Assembly: GCF_000829155.1 (NCBI RefSeq)
Contig: NZ_AP013293.1
Coordinates: 30,001-62,000, forward strand
Source: Candidatus Karelsulcia muelleri PSPU
GTDB lineage: Bacteria > Bacteroidota > Bacteroidia > Flavobacteriales > Blattabacteriaceae
Length of the DNA: 32,000 nt
Direction: 5' to 3'
Shown here: positions 1 through 9,259 of the stretch, in pieces
How positions within the stretch are numbered: position 1 is the stretch's first letter
Layout of the letters: the number at the start of each line of letters is the position of its first letter
Program-made: the position numbers and the translations under genes
The notes under the pieces: generated by a model
What the model was told of the DNA's origin: nothing
The model's database searches: none
What the model saw: only the letters and a program-made list of their open reading frames with translations

Positions 1-19
1 TATATTTTAAAAATATATT

Positions 20-1809
20 TTAAAATTTTAAAATTGAAATAAAAGCAGATTGAGGTATATCTACCCAACCAATTGTTCTCATTTTTTTTTTACCCTTTTT
101 TTGTTTTTCTAATAATTTACGTTTTCTAGTAACATCTCCTCCATAACATTTAGAAATAACATTTTTACGAAGTGATCTAATGGTTTCTCTAGAAATAATT
201 TTTTTACCTATAGCTGCTTGAATAGGTATTTCAAATTGTTGTTTTGGAATTATTTTACTAAGGTTGTTACATATTTTTTTTCCTATTGAAAAAGAATTTT
301 TTATATGTACTAATGTTGATAAAGCATCTACAATTTTTCCATTTATTAAAATATCAATTTTAACCATATCTGATTTTCTATACTCTAAATGAGTATAATC
401 AAAAGAAGCATAACCCTTAGATAGGGTTTTTAATTTATCATAAAAATCAAAAATAATCTCAGAAAGAGGTAATTCAAAAATAAGTTCCACTCTATTATTA
501 GTGATATATGATTGATTTTTTATTACTCCTCTTTTTTCAATACATAATTGCATTATTCCCCCTATGTATTTAGCAATAGTTATTATATAAGCTTTTATAT
601 AAGGTTCTTCAATTTTTTCTAATTGATTTTTATCAGGTAAATCATAAGGATTATTAATTAATAATGGATTTTTTGAACTCTTTTTTAAATAAGCATTATA
701 ATGTACATTTGGAAGAGTAGTAATAACATCTATATTATATTCACGTTCAAGTCTTTCTTTCATTATTTCCATATGTAGCATACCTAAAAAACCACATCTA
801 AAACCAGTTCCTAGCGCATAGGATGTTTCTGGTGTAAATGATAAAGAAGAATCATTTAAATGTAATTTTGCTATAGCAATTCTTAATTCTTTATATTTTT
901 CATTTTCTCTAGGATATATTCCTGCAAATAACATTGGTTTTACTTCTTTAAATCCTCCTATAGGTTTTTTTGCTGGATTTTTAACTTCTGTTAATGTATC
1001 TCCTACTTTTACTTCAGAAGGATTTTTTATTCCAGCAATTAAATAACCTACATTACCTGCATTAAGCATTTTTTTTTTTATATTTTTTAATTTAAATATT
1101 CCAATTTCCTCAACATTATAAACATTATTTGTTGACATAAACTTTATTTTTTGACCTGTTTTTAGAGTACCATTTTTAATACGAAAATATGTTTGTACAC
1201 CTCTAAATGTATTATATATAGAATCAAATATAATAGCTTGTAAAGGAAGTTTAATATCTCCCTTAGGAGCTGGAATTCTACTAATAATAGAATTTAATAT
1301 ATTTTTTATACCTATTCCTTTTTTAGCACTTGTACAAATTATATCATCTTGATTACATCCTAATAATTCTATTATATCATTTTTTACTAACTCAATATTA
1401 GAATTAGGTAAATCTATTTTATTTATAATAGGAATTATAGTAAGGTCTTTTGATAAAGCAAGATATAAATTAGAAATTGTTTGGGATTGTATGCTTTGAG
1501 TTGCATCTATTATAAGTAAAGCACCTTCACAAGCTGATATAGACTAGATACTTCATAAGAAAAATCAACATGACCTGGTGTATCAATTAAATTTAGTATA
1601 TATTTTTTTTCATTATATTCATACTCCATTTGAATTGGATGACTTTTTATTGTAATTCCTCTTTCTCTTTCTAGATCCATACTATCAAGTAATTGATTTT
1701 TTTTTTCTTTTATTGATATAGTATTAGTAAATTCTAATAAACGATCAGCTAATGTGCTTTTACCATGATCTATATGAGCAATAATACAAAAATTTCTTAT
1801 ATAATTCAT
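20..1809 (-). pseudogene. lepA: Elongation factor 4 (LepA), split into two frames by an apparent single-base deletion near position 1545
   Basis: ORF 1510..1809 gives the N-terminal GTPase domain ([21 protein letters not shown]...[13 protein letters not shown]). ORF 20..1138, extended upstream in the same frame without stops as far as I translated (to about 1340), gives the rest ([29 protein letters not shown]...; C-term GYGGDVTRKRKLLEKQKKGKKKM-type end). The frame changes just after SYEVS. Could be a sequencing error rather than a real lesion. Confidence 0.9.
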
Positions 1810-2874
1810 TTAAATTAATTTATTTATTTTTAATGATAAATCTAAAAATACTATTTTAACCATAGCATGATTTTCTATATCGTAAATAGCTTTATTTATT
1901 TCCATGCTTATTTTTTCTATATTTTTTGTATTTATATAAATACAAAAATTATACCAATTAAATTTATTATAAGTAATAGGTATTTCTTTTATTAAAAGAT
2001 TATTATAATTATATATAAAAGCTTTTCTAAAAATTTCTAATAAAAATAGAAAAAATTTTTTTTTTTTTTCTTTACTAAAAAAATTTATTTGATTTGAAAA
2101 ATCAATTATTTTATTTAAAATAAAAAATTTTTTTTTAAGTAAAAATAAATGCCTTATCCAGGTAACAAAATTAATTTCTAAATATTTTTCTTGTATATTA
2201 TTTAATTTTTTTAAAGCTTTATTTAAATTTCCTTCTGATTTCGATGCTATCAATTTTGATTGATATCTATCAATATAGAATTTTTTTTCTAAATATATTT
2301 TTATATAATTAAAAGAATATTTATTAAAACGTATAATATTAACTCTAGATTTTATAGTTGGTAATATTAAATTGTCATTTACACCAACTAATATAAAAAT
2401 TGTTTTTTTAGGAGTAAATTCTAAAATTTTTAGTAATTTATTACTTGAATAAAGTGTTAATTGTTCAGGCATCCATAATATTATTATTTTATATTCACTT
2501 TCATAACTTTTATAGTTAATTATATTAATAATATTATTTATCTGTTCTTTATGTATTAAACATTGTTTATAATATGATTTTATTAATTTTATCCAATCTG
2601 ATAAATCTCCGTAAGGTTTTTTTGTTAAAAACAATCTCCATTTAATTAAATAATTATTGTAAATTCCCCCTTTTGGGAAAGGAAATAAAAAATGTAAATC
2701 TGGATGTTGAATTTTTTTAAATTTTAACAAACAAGAATTATTATTTTTTTTACATAAAATTTTTTTAGAAAAATTTAAAGCTGTAATTAAATTTCCACAA
2801 CCTTCAGGACCTAAAAAAAATAAAGCATGAGGTATTTTATTTTTTTTTAATAAATTCATTATTTCACTATTCAT
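1810..2874 (-). CDS. holB: DNA polymerase III subunit delta' (clamp-loader AAA+ family)
   Basis: Protein has HALFFLGPEGCGNLITALNFSKKILC and SCLLKFKKIQHPDLHFLFP, like Bacteroidota delta' subunits; followed by Sensor-1-like TIFILVGVNDNLILPTIKSRV. Confidence 0.75.
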   Translation of the reverse strand: MNSEIMNLLKKNKIPHALFFLGPEGCGNLITALNFSKKILCKKNNNSCLLKFKKIQHPDLHFLFPFPKGGIYNNYLIKWRLFLTKKPYGDLSDWIKLIKSYYKQCLIHKEQINNIINIINYKSYESEYKIIILWMPEQLTLYSSNKLLKILEFTPKKTIFILVGVNDNLILPTIKSRVNIIRFNKYSFNYIKIYLEKKFYIDRYQSKLIASKSEGNLNKALKKLNNIQEKYLEINFVTWIRHLFLLKKKFFILNKIIDFSNQINFFSKEKKKKFFLFLLEIFRKAFIYNYNNLLIKEIPITYNKFNWYNFCIYINTKNIEKISMEINKAIYDIENHAMVKIVFLDLSLKINKLI

Positions 2875-2910
2875 AATTATAATAGTATATATTTAATATA
2901 AAATATATTT

Positions 2911-4155
2911 ATGCATACATATAAAAAATTAGAACTTATGGCCCCTGTAGGAAGTTTAGAATCTTTAGAAGCCGCTATTAATTCTGGAGCTGATTCTATC
3001 TATTTTGGATTAGATCAATTAAATATGCGTGCAAGATCTGCTAAAAATTTTTATATTTCTGATATTCCTTATATAGTAAAAAAATGTAATTATAATAATA
3101 TTCGTACATATTTAACAATAAATACTATTATATATGATCATGATTTTTTTTTAATAAAAAAAATAGCAAATAATGCTAAAAAATTTGGAATAGATGCAAT
3201 TATAGCAATGGATCAATCAATAATTAATTATGCTAAATCAATTGATCTAAAAGTACACATATCTACACAATTAAATATAACAAATATTGAAAGTATTAAA
3301 TTTTATTCTTTTTTTTCTGATACTATAGTATTAAGTCGTGAATTAAGTTTAATACAAATTAAAAATATTATTTCTAATATAAAAAAGAAAAATATAATAG
3401 GTCCATCAGGAAATTTAATTAAAATAGAAATATTTTGTCATGGAGCATTATGTATGGCAATTTCAGGAAAATGTTATTTAAGTTTACATTCATATAACTC
3501 TTCTGCAAATAGAGGATCATGTAAACAAAATTGTAGAAAAAAATATACATTAATAGATAAAGATAATGGATTTTCTATAGATGTTGATAATGAATATTTG
3601 ATGTCATCAAAAGATTTATGTACAATAAATTTTTTAGATAAAATTATAGATACTGGAATTAGTTTATTAAAAATAGAAGGTAGAGCGCGTTCTCCTGAAT
3701 ATGTTGCAAATACTACCTCATGTTATAGAGAAGCTATAGATTATATATTAAACAATAAAAAAATTACAAAATCTAAAATTAATTTTTGGGTTAAAAAATT
3801 AAATAGTGTTTATAATAGAGGATTTTATAGTGGTTACTATTTAGGAAAAACAATTAAAGAATGGTCTAATAAAGGAGATTACTTTTATACTAATAAAAAA
3901 ATTTATTTAGGAAAAGTAAAAAAATTTTATAAAAAATCTATGATAGGGGAATTTATAATAGAATCATTTAATTTAAAATTAAATGATAATATTTATATTA
4001 TAGGTACTAATACTGGATTAAAAAAAACTAATGTAAAATCATTAATGGTAAATGATATAAAAACTAATTTAGCATTAAAAGGAGATATTTGTACTTTTCC
4101 TATTAATTTTAATATTAAATTATCAGATAAATTATATAAAATAATTGAAAATTAA
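2911..4155 (+). CDS. Peptidase U32 family protein (TrhP/YegQ-like, tRNA hydroxylation-associated)
   Basis: LELMAPVGSLESLEAAINSGADSIYFGLDQLNMRARSAKNF and CHGALCMAISGKCYLSLHSYNSSANRGSCKQNCRKKY with the conserved cysteines of the U32 family. Confidence 0.9.
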   Translation: MHTYKKLELMAPVGSLESLEAAINSGADSIYFGLDQLNMRARSAKNFYISDIPYIVKKCNYNNIRTYLTINTIIYDHDFFLIKKIANNAKKFGIDAIIAMDQSIINYAKSIDLKVHISTQLNITNIESIKFYSFFSDTIVLSRELSLIQIKNIISNIKKKNIIGPSGNLIKIEIFCHGALCMAISGKCYLSLHSYNSSANRGSCKQNCRKKYTLIDKDNGFSIDVDNEYLMSSKDLCTINFLDKIIDTGISLLKIEGRARSPEYVANTTSCYREAIDYILNNKKITKSKINFWVKKLNSVYNRGFYSGYYLGKTIKEWSNKGDYFYTNKKIYLGKVKKFYKKSMIGEFIIESFNLKLNDNIYIIGTNTGLKKTNVKSLMVNDIKTNLALKGDICTFPINFNIKLSDKLYKIIEN

Positions 4156-4385
4156 TGTTTATAATAAGCTTTCAAAGGAAAAAATGTATAGGTTGTAATT
4201 ATTGTATAGAATCTTCTCCATTACATTTTAAAATGTCTAAGACAGATGGAAAATCATTTTTATTAAATTCTATTAAAAAAAAAAATTTTTATATTTTAAA
4301 AACAAATAATTATTTTACATATTTAAAATGTAAAATAGCTTCTACAATATGTCCTGTTAATATAATTAAATTAATTATAAAATAA
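4155..4385 (+). CDS. Ferredoxin-like 4Fe-4S protein
   Basis: 76 aa with CIGCNYC...and C...CPVNII cysteine pattern; start overlaps the preceding stop (TAATG), implying translational coupling. Confidence 0.75.
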   Translation: MFIISFQRKKCIGCNYCIESSPLHFKMSKTDGKSFLLNSIKKKNFYILKTNNYFTYLKCKIASTICPVNIIKLIIK

Positions 4386-4390
4386 TTAAA

Positions 4391-6031
4391 TTATTTTATA
4401 TTTATTGTTTTATTAAACAACAAATTTTTGTTATTACTTTTTTTATCTAAACAAAAATATCCAATTCGTTGAAATTGAAATTTATTTTTAATAGTAGCTG
4501 TTCTTAATGCAGGTTCTGCATATGCAATTTTAGTTTTAAAAGAATCATTATTAATAAAATTAATAAAATTATTATTTTTTAATATATCAGGATTTTTTTC
4601 TATAAAAATATTTTTATATATATTTATTCTAATTTTAATAAAAAATTTTTTAGAGACCCAATGTAATGTAGATTTTATTTTTCTTTTACTTGAAGTACCA
4701 GTTTTAGATAAACTATTTTTATCATAAGTACAATATATACTTTTAATATTCCCATCTAAATTACGATATACATTATGAGCTTTTAATATATAAGCATTTT
4801 TTAAACGTACTTCTTTACCTAAAGATAATCTGAAAAAATTTTTTTTTATTTTTTCCATAAAATCGTTATTTTCTATATATAGATATTTTGAAAAAGGTAT
4901 TTTTCTATAAGTTTTTTTTATATCTTCAGGATTATTTTCAGAATTTAACCATTCTACTTTATCAGATGGATAATTTTCAATTATAATTAATATTGGATTA
5001 AATACAACCATTACTCTAGATGAAATTTTATTTAAATGTTTTCTAATACTAAATTCTAAAAGAGATATATCAATATTATTGATACGTTTTGATATACCAA
5101 TATTTTTAATAAAATTATTTATTGATTCTGGAGTATAACCTCTTCTTCTAAGTCCTGAGATAGTTGGCATTCTTGGATCATCCCATCCATTTACAATATT
5201 TTTTTTTACTAAAATTTGTAATTTTCTTTTACTTAAAATATTATAATTTAAATTTAATCTAGAAAATTCATATTGTTTAGGAATTAACTTTTTTTTTTTT
5301 ATATTATTTAAATACCAATTATATAATGGTTTATGATTTTCAAATTCAAAAGAACATAAAGAATGTGATATATTTTCTATATAATCTGATTGACCATGTG
5401 TCCAATCATAAGTAGGATATATACACCATTTATTATTTGTTCTATAATGTAATTTTTTTTTTATTATACGATACATTATAGGATCTCTAAGATTCATATT
5501 TGGTGATTTCATATCTATTTTAGCACGTAAAACACAATCACCGTCATAAAAATATCCATTTTTCATTTTTTTAAATAAAAAAATATTTTCTTTTATTGAT
5601 CTATTTCGATAGGGACTATCTATACCATATTCAAAAGTATTTTTTCTTTGTTCTTGTATTTTTTTTTTTTTTTGATCATCTACATAAGCTTTTCCATTTT
5701 TTATAATGTGTTTAGCAAAATAATAAAGTTTATAAAAATAATTAGAAGCATAAGTTTCTTTTTTACATTTAAAACCTAACCAACAAATATCTATTTTAAT
5801 AGAATCAATAAATTTTTTTTCTTCTTCTATTGGATTAGTATCATCAAATCTTAAAATTACTGAAGTTTTATATTTTTTTGCTAATTTAAAATTTAAATAA
5901 ATAGATTTAGCATGCCCAATATGTAAATAACCATTAGGTTCTGGTGGAAATCTAAAAAGTAATTTTTTTATAGGAAATCCTAATTCTAAATCTTTTTTTA
6001 TAATTTTTTCTAAAAAATTAATTTTTTTCAT
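4391..6031 (-). CDS. glnS: Glutaminyl-tRNA synthetase
   Basis: FRFPPEPNGYLHIGHAKSIYLNF, ...RFDDTNPIEEE..., ...WDDPRMPTISGLRRRGYTPE..., LSKRKL (KMSKS-equivalent). Confidence 0.96.
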   Translation of the reverse strand: MKKINFLEKIIKKDLELGFPIKKLLFRFPPEPNGYLHIGHAKSIYLNFKLAKKYKTSVILRFDDTNPIEEEKKFIDSIKIDICWLGFKCKKETYASNYFYKLYYFAKHIIKNGKAYVDDQKKKKIQEQRKNTFEYGIDSPYRNRSIKENIFLFKKMKNGYFYDGDCVLRAKIDMKSPNMNLRDPIMYRIIKKKLHYRTNNKWCIYPTYDWTHGQSDYIENISHSLCSFEFENHKPLYNWYLNNIKKKKLIPKQYEFSRLNLNYNILSKRKLQILVKKNIVNGWDDPRMPTISGLRRRGYTPESINNFIKNIGISKRINNIDISLLEFSIRKHLNKISSRVMVVFNPILIIIENYPSDKVEWLNSENNPEDIKKTYRKIPFSKYLYIENNDFMEKIKKNFFRLSLGKEVRLKNAYILKAHNVYRNLDGNIKSIYCTYDKNSLSKTGTSSKRKIKSTLHWVSKKFFIKIRINIYKNIFIEKNPDILKNNNFINFINNDSFKTKIAYAEPALRTATIKNKFQFQRIGYFCLDKKSNNKNLLFNKTINIK

Positions 6032-7884
6032 ATTTTTTTTCTTAAAAAAAGAATTAATATACTTATATCTGAAGGAGATACACCACTTATTCTAGATGCT
6101 TCTCCAATAGAATTAGGTTTATAATTTATTAATTTTTCCATAGCTTCTATTGATATTGATTTAACTTTATTATAATTAAAATTATTTGGTATACGTATGT
6201 TTTCTAATCTTAACATTTTTTTTACATTTTCTTCTTCTTTTAGTAAATATCCTTTATATTTAATTAAAATAGATATTTGTTCTAAAATTTTTTTATTTAT
6301 ATTATTTTTTTTTATAAAATCTTTTATTAAAGAATATTTTATTATATCATTTATATAAATTTCTGGTCTAGATAATAAATCACATATTTTAATATTTTCT
6401 TTTTTAGATAAAAAATTATTTGCTATAATATAATTTATTTTTTTTTTTTTAAAAAAAAATAAACATTTTTTTATTTTTTTTCTTTTTTTTTCTAATTTTT
6501 TAATTCTATCAAAACTAACTAATCCTAGTTTTTCTCCAATATTAGTTAATCTTTCATCTGCATTATCTTGTCTTAATAAGATTCTATATTCAGCTCTTGA
6601 AGTAAACATTCTATATGGTTCTTCTGTTCCTTTATAAATTAAATCATCAATAAGTACACCTATATAAGCTTCATTACGTTTTATAATAAATGGTTTTTTT
6701 TCATTAATTTTTAAATTAGCATTTATTCCCGCTATTAATCCTTGTGCTGCTGCTTCTTCATATCCTGTTGTTCCATTTATTTGACCAGCAAAAAAAAGAT
6801 TTTCAATTAATTTTGTTTCTAAATTATTTTTTAATTGTGTAGGAGGAAAATAATCATATTCTATGGCATATCCTGGTCTAATCATTTTGGCCTTTTCAAA
6901 ACCAGGAATTGTAATTAATGCCTTATATTGAATTTTTTCTGGCATAGAAGTAGAAAATCCATTAATATAGACTTCTCTAGTGTTAACTCCTTCTGGTTCT
7001 ACAAATATTTGGTGATTTTCTTTATTAGAAAATCTATAAATTTTTTCTTCAATAGATGGACAATATCTAGGACCTACACATTTAATATTGCCATTAAAAA
7101 GAGGAGATTTATTAAATTTTTCACGTAATAATTTGTGAGTTTTTACATTTGTATATGTAATATAACATTTTTTTTTATTTTTTATATTTAATTTACTTAA
7201 ATAAGAAAAAGGTTCTATAGGAGAATCTCCTAATTGTTCAATCATTTTAGAATAATTTAATGAATTACCATCTAATCTAGGAGAGGTTCCAGTTTTCATT
7301 TTTCCTGATAAAAATCCCATTTTTTTTAATTTTTCTGTTAATCCTTTTACAGAATTTTCTGAAATTCTTCCACCATTATTTTTTTTATTTCCTATATGAA
7401 TAATCCCATTTAAAAATGTTCCATTTGTAAGTATTACTGATTTACTTTTAATAAAAATTCCAAAAATTGTTTTTACTCCAATTACTTTATAATTTTTAAT
7501 TATTAAATCTATCACTGTATCTTGATACAAATCTAAATTTACATTTTTTTCTAAAGTTAAACGCCATTCTTTAGAAAATTTGAATCTATCACATTGAGCT
7601 CTTGGACTCCACATTGCAGGACCTTTAGATTTATTTAACATTCTAAATTGAATTATACTTTTATCGGTTATTATTCCTGAATAACCTCCTAATGCATCAA
7701 TTTCTTTAATAATTTGTCCTTTTGCAATTCCTCCCATTGCGGGATTACAGGACATTTGTCCTATATTATATAAATTGGTTGTAATTAATAAGGTTCTTGA
7801 TCCAAGATTAGAAGCCGCTAAAGCGGCCTCTGATCCAGAATGACCACCACCTACTACAATTACATCATATTGATTAACAAACAT
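6028..7884 (-). CDS. mnmG: tRNA uridine-5-carboxymethylaminomethyl(34) synthesis enzyme MnmG (GidA)
   Basis: YDVIVVGGGHSGSEAALAASNLG...NPAMGGIAKGQIIKEIDALGG...MFTSRAEYRILLRQDNADERLT; full length 618 aa; TGA stop overlaps glnS start as ATGA. Confidence 0.97.
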   Translation of the reverse strand: MFVNQYDVIVVGGGHSGSEAALAASNLGSRTLLITTNLYNIGQMSCNPAMGGIAKGQIIKEIDALGGYSGIITDKSIIQFRMLNKSKGPAMWSPRAQCDRFKFSKEWRLTLEKNVNLDLYQDTVIDLIIKNYKVIGVKTIFGIFIKSKSVILTNGTFLNGIIHIGNKKNNGGRISENSVKGLTEKLKKMGFLSGKMKTGTSPRLDGNSLNYSKMIEQLGDSPIEPFSYLSKLNIKNKKKCYITYTNVKTHKLLREKFNKSPLFNGNIKCVGPRYCPSIEEKIYRFSNKENHQIFVEPEGVNTREVYINGFSTSMPEKIQYKALITIPGFEKAKMIRPGYAIEYDYFPPTQLKNNLETKLIENLFFAGQINGTTGYEEAAAQGLIAGINANLKINEKKPFIIKRNEAYIGVLIDDLIYKGTEEPYRMFTSRAEYRILLRQDNADERLTNIGEKLGLVSFDRIKKLEKKRKKIKKCLFFFKKKKINYIIANNFLSKKENIKICDLLSRPEIYINDIIKYSLIKDFIKKNNINKKILEQISILIKYKGYLLKEEENVKKMLRLENIRIPNNFNYNKVKSISIEAMEKLINYKPNSIGEASRISGVSPSDISILILFLRKKI

Positions 7885-8299
7885 ATTTTTTATTAAAAAT
7901 AAATATATAAAAATTTTCTTTTTTATACATTATTTTTTTTTCAAATTTATTTTTATCTTTATATCCTATTAAATGGAAACAAGCATGTATCATTACACGT
8001 TTTAATTCATTAAAAAATAATTTTTTAAATTTAAAAGAATTATATTTAATTCTTTTTATACTAATAAATATATCTCCATATAAATTTTTATTTTCATAAT
8101 TTACAAAAGTAATAACATCTGTATAATAATTTTTATTAAGATATTTTTTATTAATATTAATTAAATAATTATCATCACAAAAAATAAAATTTAATTCTTT
8201 AATATTTTTTTTTTCTTTACTTACAACAAAAAAAATAAATTTTGAAAAAAAAATTTCATTATATAAATGAAATATTGTTTCATAATAATAATTTATCAT
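7874..8299 (-). CDS. ybeY: Endoribonuclease YbeY (rRNA maturation factor)
   Basis: INYYYETIF...NFIFCDDNYLININKKYLNKNYYTDVITF...HACFHLIGYKDKNKFEKKIMYKKEN, matching the Bacteroidota form of YbeY. Confidence 0.9.
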   Translation of the reverse strand: MINYYYETIFHLYNEIFFSKFIFFVVSKEKKNIKELNFIFCDDNYLININKKYLNKNYYTDVITFVNYENKNLYGDIFISIKRIKYNSFKFKKLFFNELKRVMIHACFHLIGYKDKNKFEKKIMYKKENFYIFIFNKKYVC

Positions 8300-8302
8300 A
8301 TT

Positions 8303-8998
8303 ATGTTATATATTGTTCCTACCCCTATAGGAAATTTAGAAGATATAACTTTTAGAGCAATTCGTATTCTTAAAAAAGTAGATTTTATTTTAACAGAAAA
8401 TACTATTAATTCTAAAAAATTATTAAATTTTTATAATATAAATAATAATTTAAAATCATATCATTCATATAATGAATATAAAATTATATTAAATATAATT
8501 TTATTTTTAAAAAAAGGAAATCATATAGCTTTAATTGCTGATGCAGGTACACCAATTATATCTGATCCAGGATTTTTATTAGTAAGACATTGTATAAAAA
8601 ATAATATAAAAGTTTCTTGTATTCCAGGAGCTACTGCTTTTATACCAGCATTAATAAATTCAGGTTTTAATATAAATGAATTTACATTTATTGGTTTTTT
8701 ACCGCATAAACAATTTAAAAAAAAAAAAATAAAAATTCTTTGTAAAGAGAATAGAACCATTATTATTTATGAAAGTCCTTATAGGATTTTAAATACTTTA
8801 TATATAATAAAAAAATATATAGGAAATATAAATAAAAAAATCTCTCTTTGTAGAGAAATTTCTAAAAAATTTGAAGAAACTATTATAGGAAATATAAATG
8901 ATATAATTTTTTATTTTGAAAATAAAAAACCAAAAGGAGAGTTTGTTCTCTTATTAGAAGGTAAGAAATTAAGTTGTAATAATCCGTTAAATTATTAA
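8303..8998 (+). CDS. rsmI: 16S rRNA (cytidine-2'-O-)-methyltransferase RsmI
   Basis: MLYIVPTPIGNLEDITFRAIRIL...HNxY...LIADAGTPIISDPGFLLVRHCI...VSCIPGATAFIPALINSG...FIGFLPHK. The ORF track opens at 8267 but the family start (MLYIVPTPIGN) is at 8303. Confidence 0.95.
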   Translation: MLYIVPTPIGNLEDITFRAIRILKKVDFILTENTINSKKLLNFYNINNNLKSYHSYNEYKIILNIILFLKKGNHIALIADAGTPIISDPGFLLVRHCIKNNIKVSCIPGATAFIPALINSGFNINEFTFIGFLPHKQFKKKKIKILCKENRTIIIYESPYRILNTLYIIKKYIGNINKKISLCREISKKFEETIIGNINDIIFYFENKKPKGEFVLLLEGKKLSCNNPLNY

Positions 8999-9063
8999 CA
9001 ATATATAAACTTATCTAACCTACTATTATTTTTTTTAAAAAAAAATCCTTTACATAAAAAATG

Positions 9064-9134
9064 AGGCACTGAGCGGATTTGAACCGCTGTAAGAGGTTTT
9101 GCAGACCTTTGCCTTGCCACTCGGCCACAGTGCC
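9064..9134 (-). tRNA. tRNA-Cys (anticodon GCA), no encoded CCA
   Basis: Reverse complement GGCACTG...CTGCAAA...AGCGGTTCAAATCCGCTCAGTGCCT folds as a cloverleaf: 7-bp acceptor GGCACTG/CAGTGCC, T-arm AGCGG/CCGCT, anticodon loop CTGCAAA, discriminator U. Confidence 0.92.
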
Positions 9135-9259
9135 AAATTAAAAATTTTAACAAAAGTAGTATAAAATATACTATTAATTTTTAAAATTATTTATAATATA
9201 ATAAATTTTTTTTTTAAAATTACTTATATTAATAGTAATTAAATTAAATATTTTTTTTT

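Noticed and set aside
6928-7128. 66-aa + strand ORF inside mnmG
   Set aside because: Antisense to a well-conserved gene, no recognisable motif; expected shadow ORF.
8075-8140. YbeY lacking the third histidine of the HxxxHxxxxxH zinc motif (HACFHLIGYKDK)
   Set aside because: I recall the GYKDK form as usual in Bacteroidota YbeY, so I do not treat it as symbiont-specific degeneration.
8521-8760. 79-aa - strand ORF inside rsmI
   Set aside because: Antisense shadow of the conserved RsmI reading frame.
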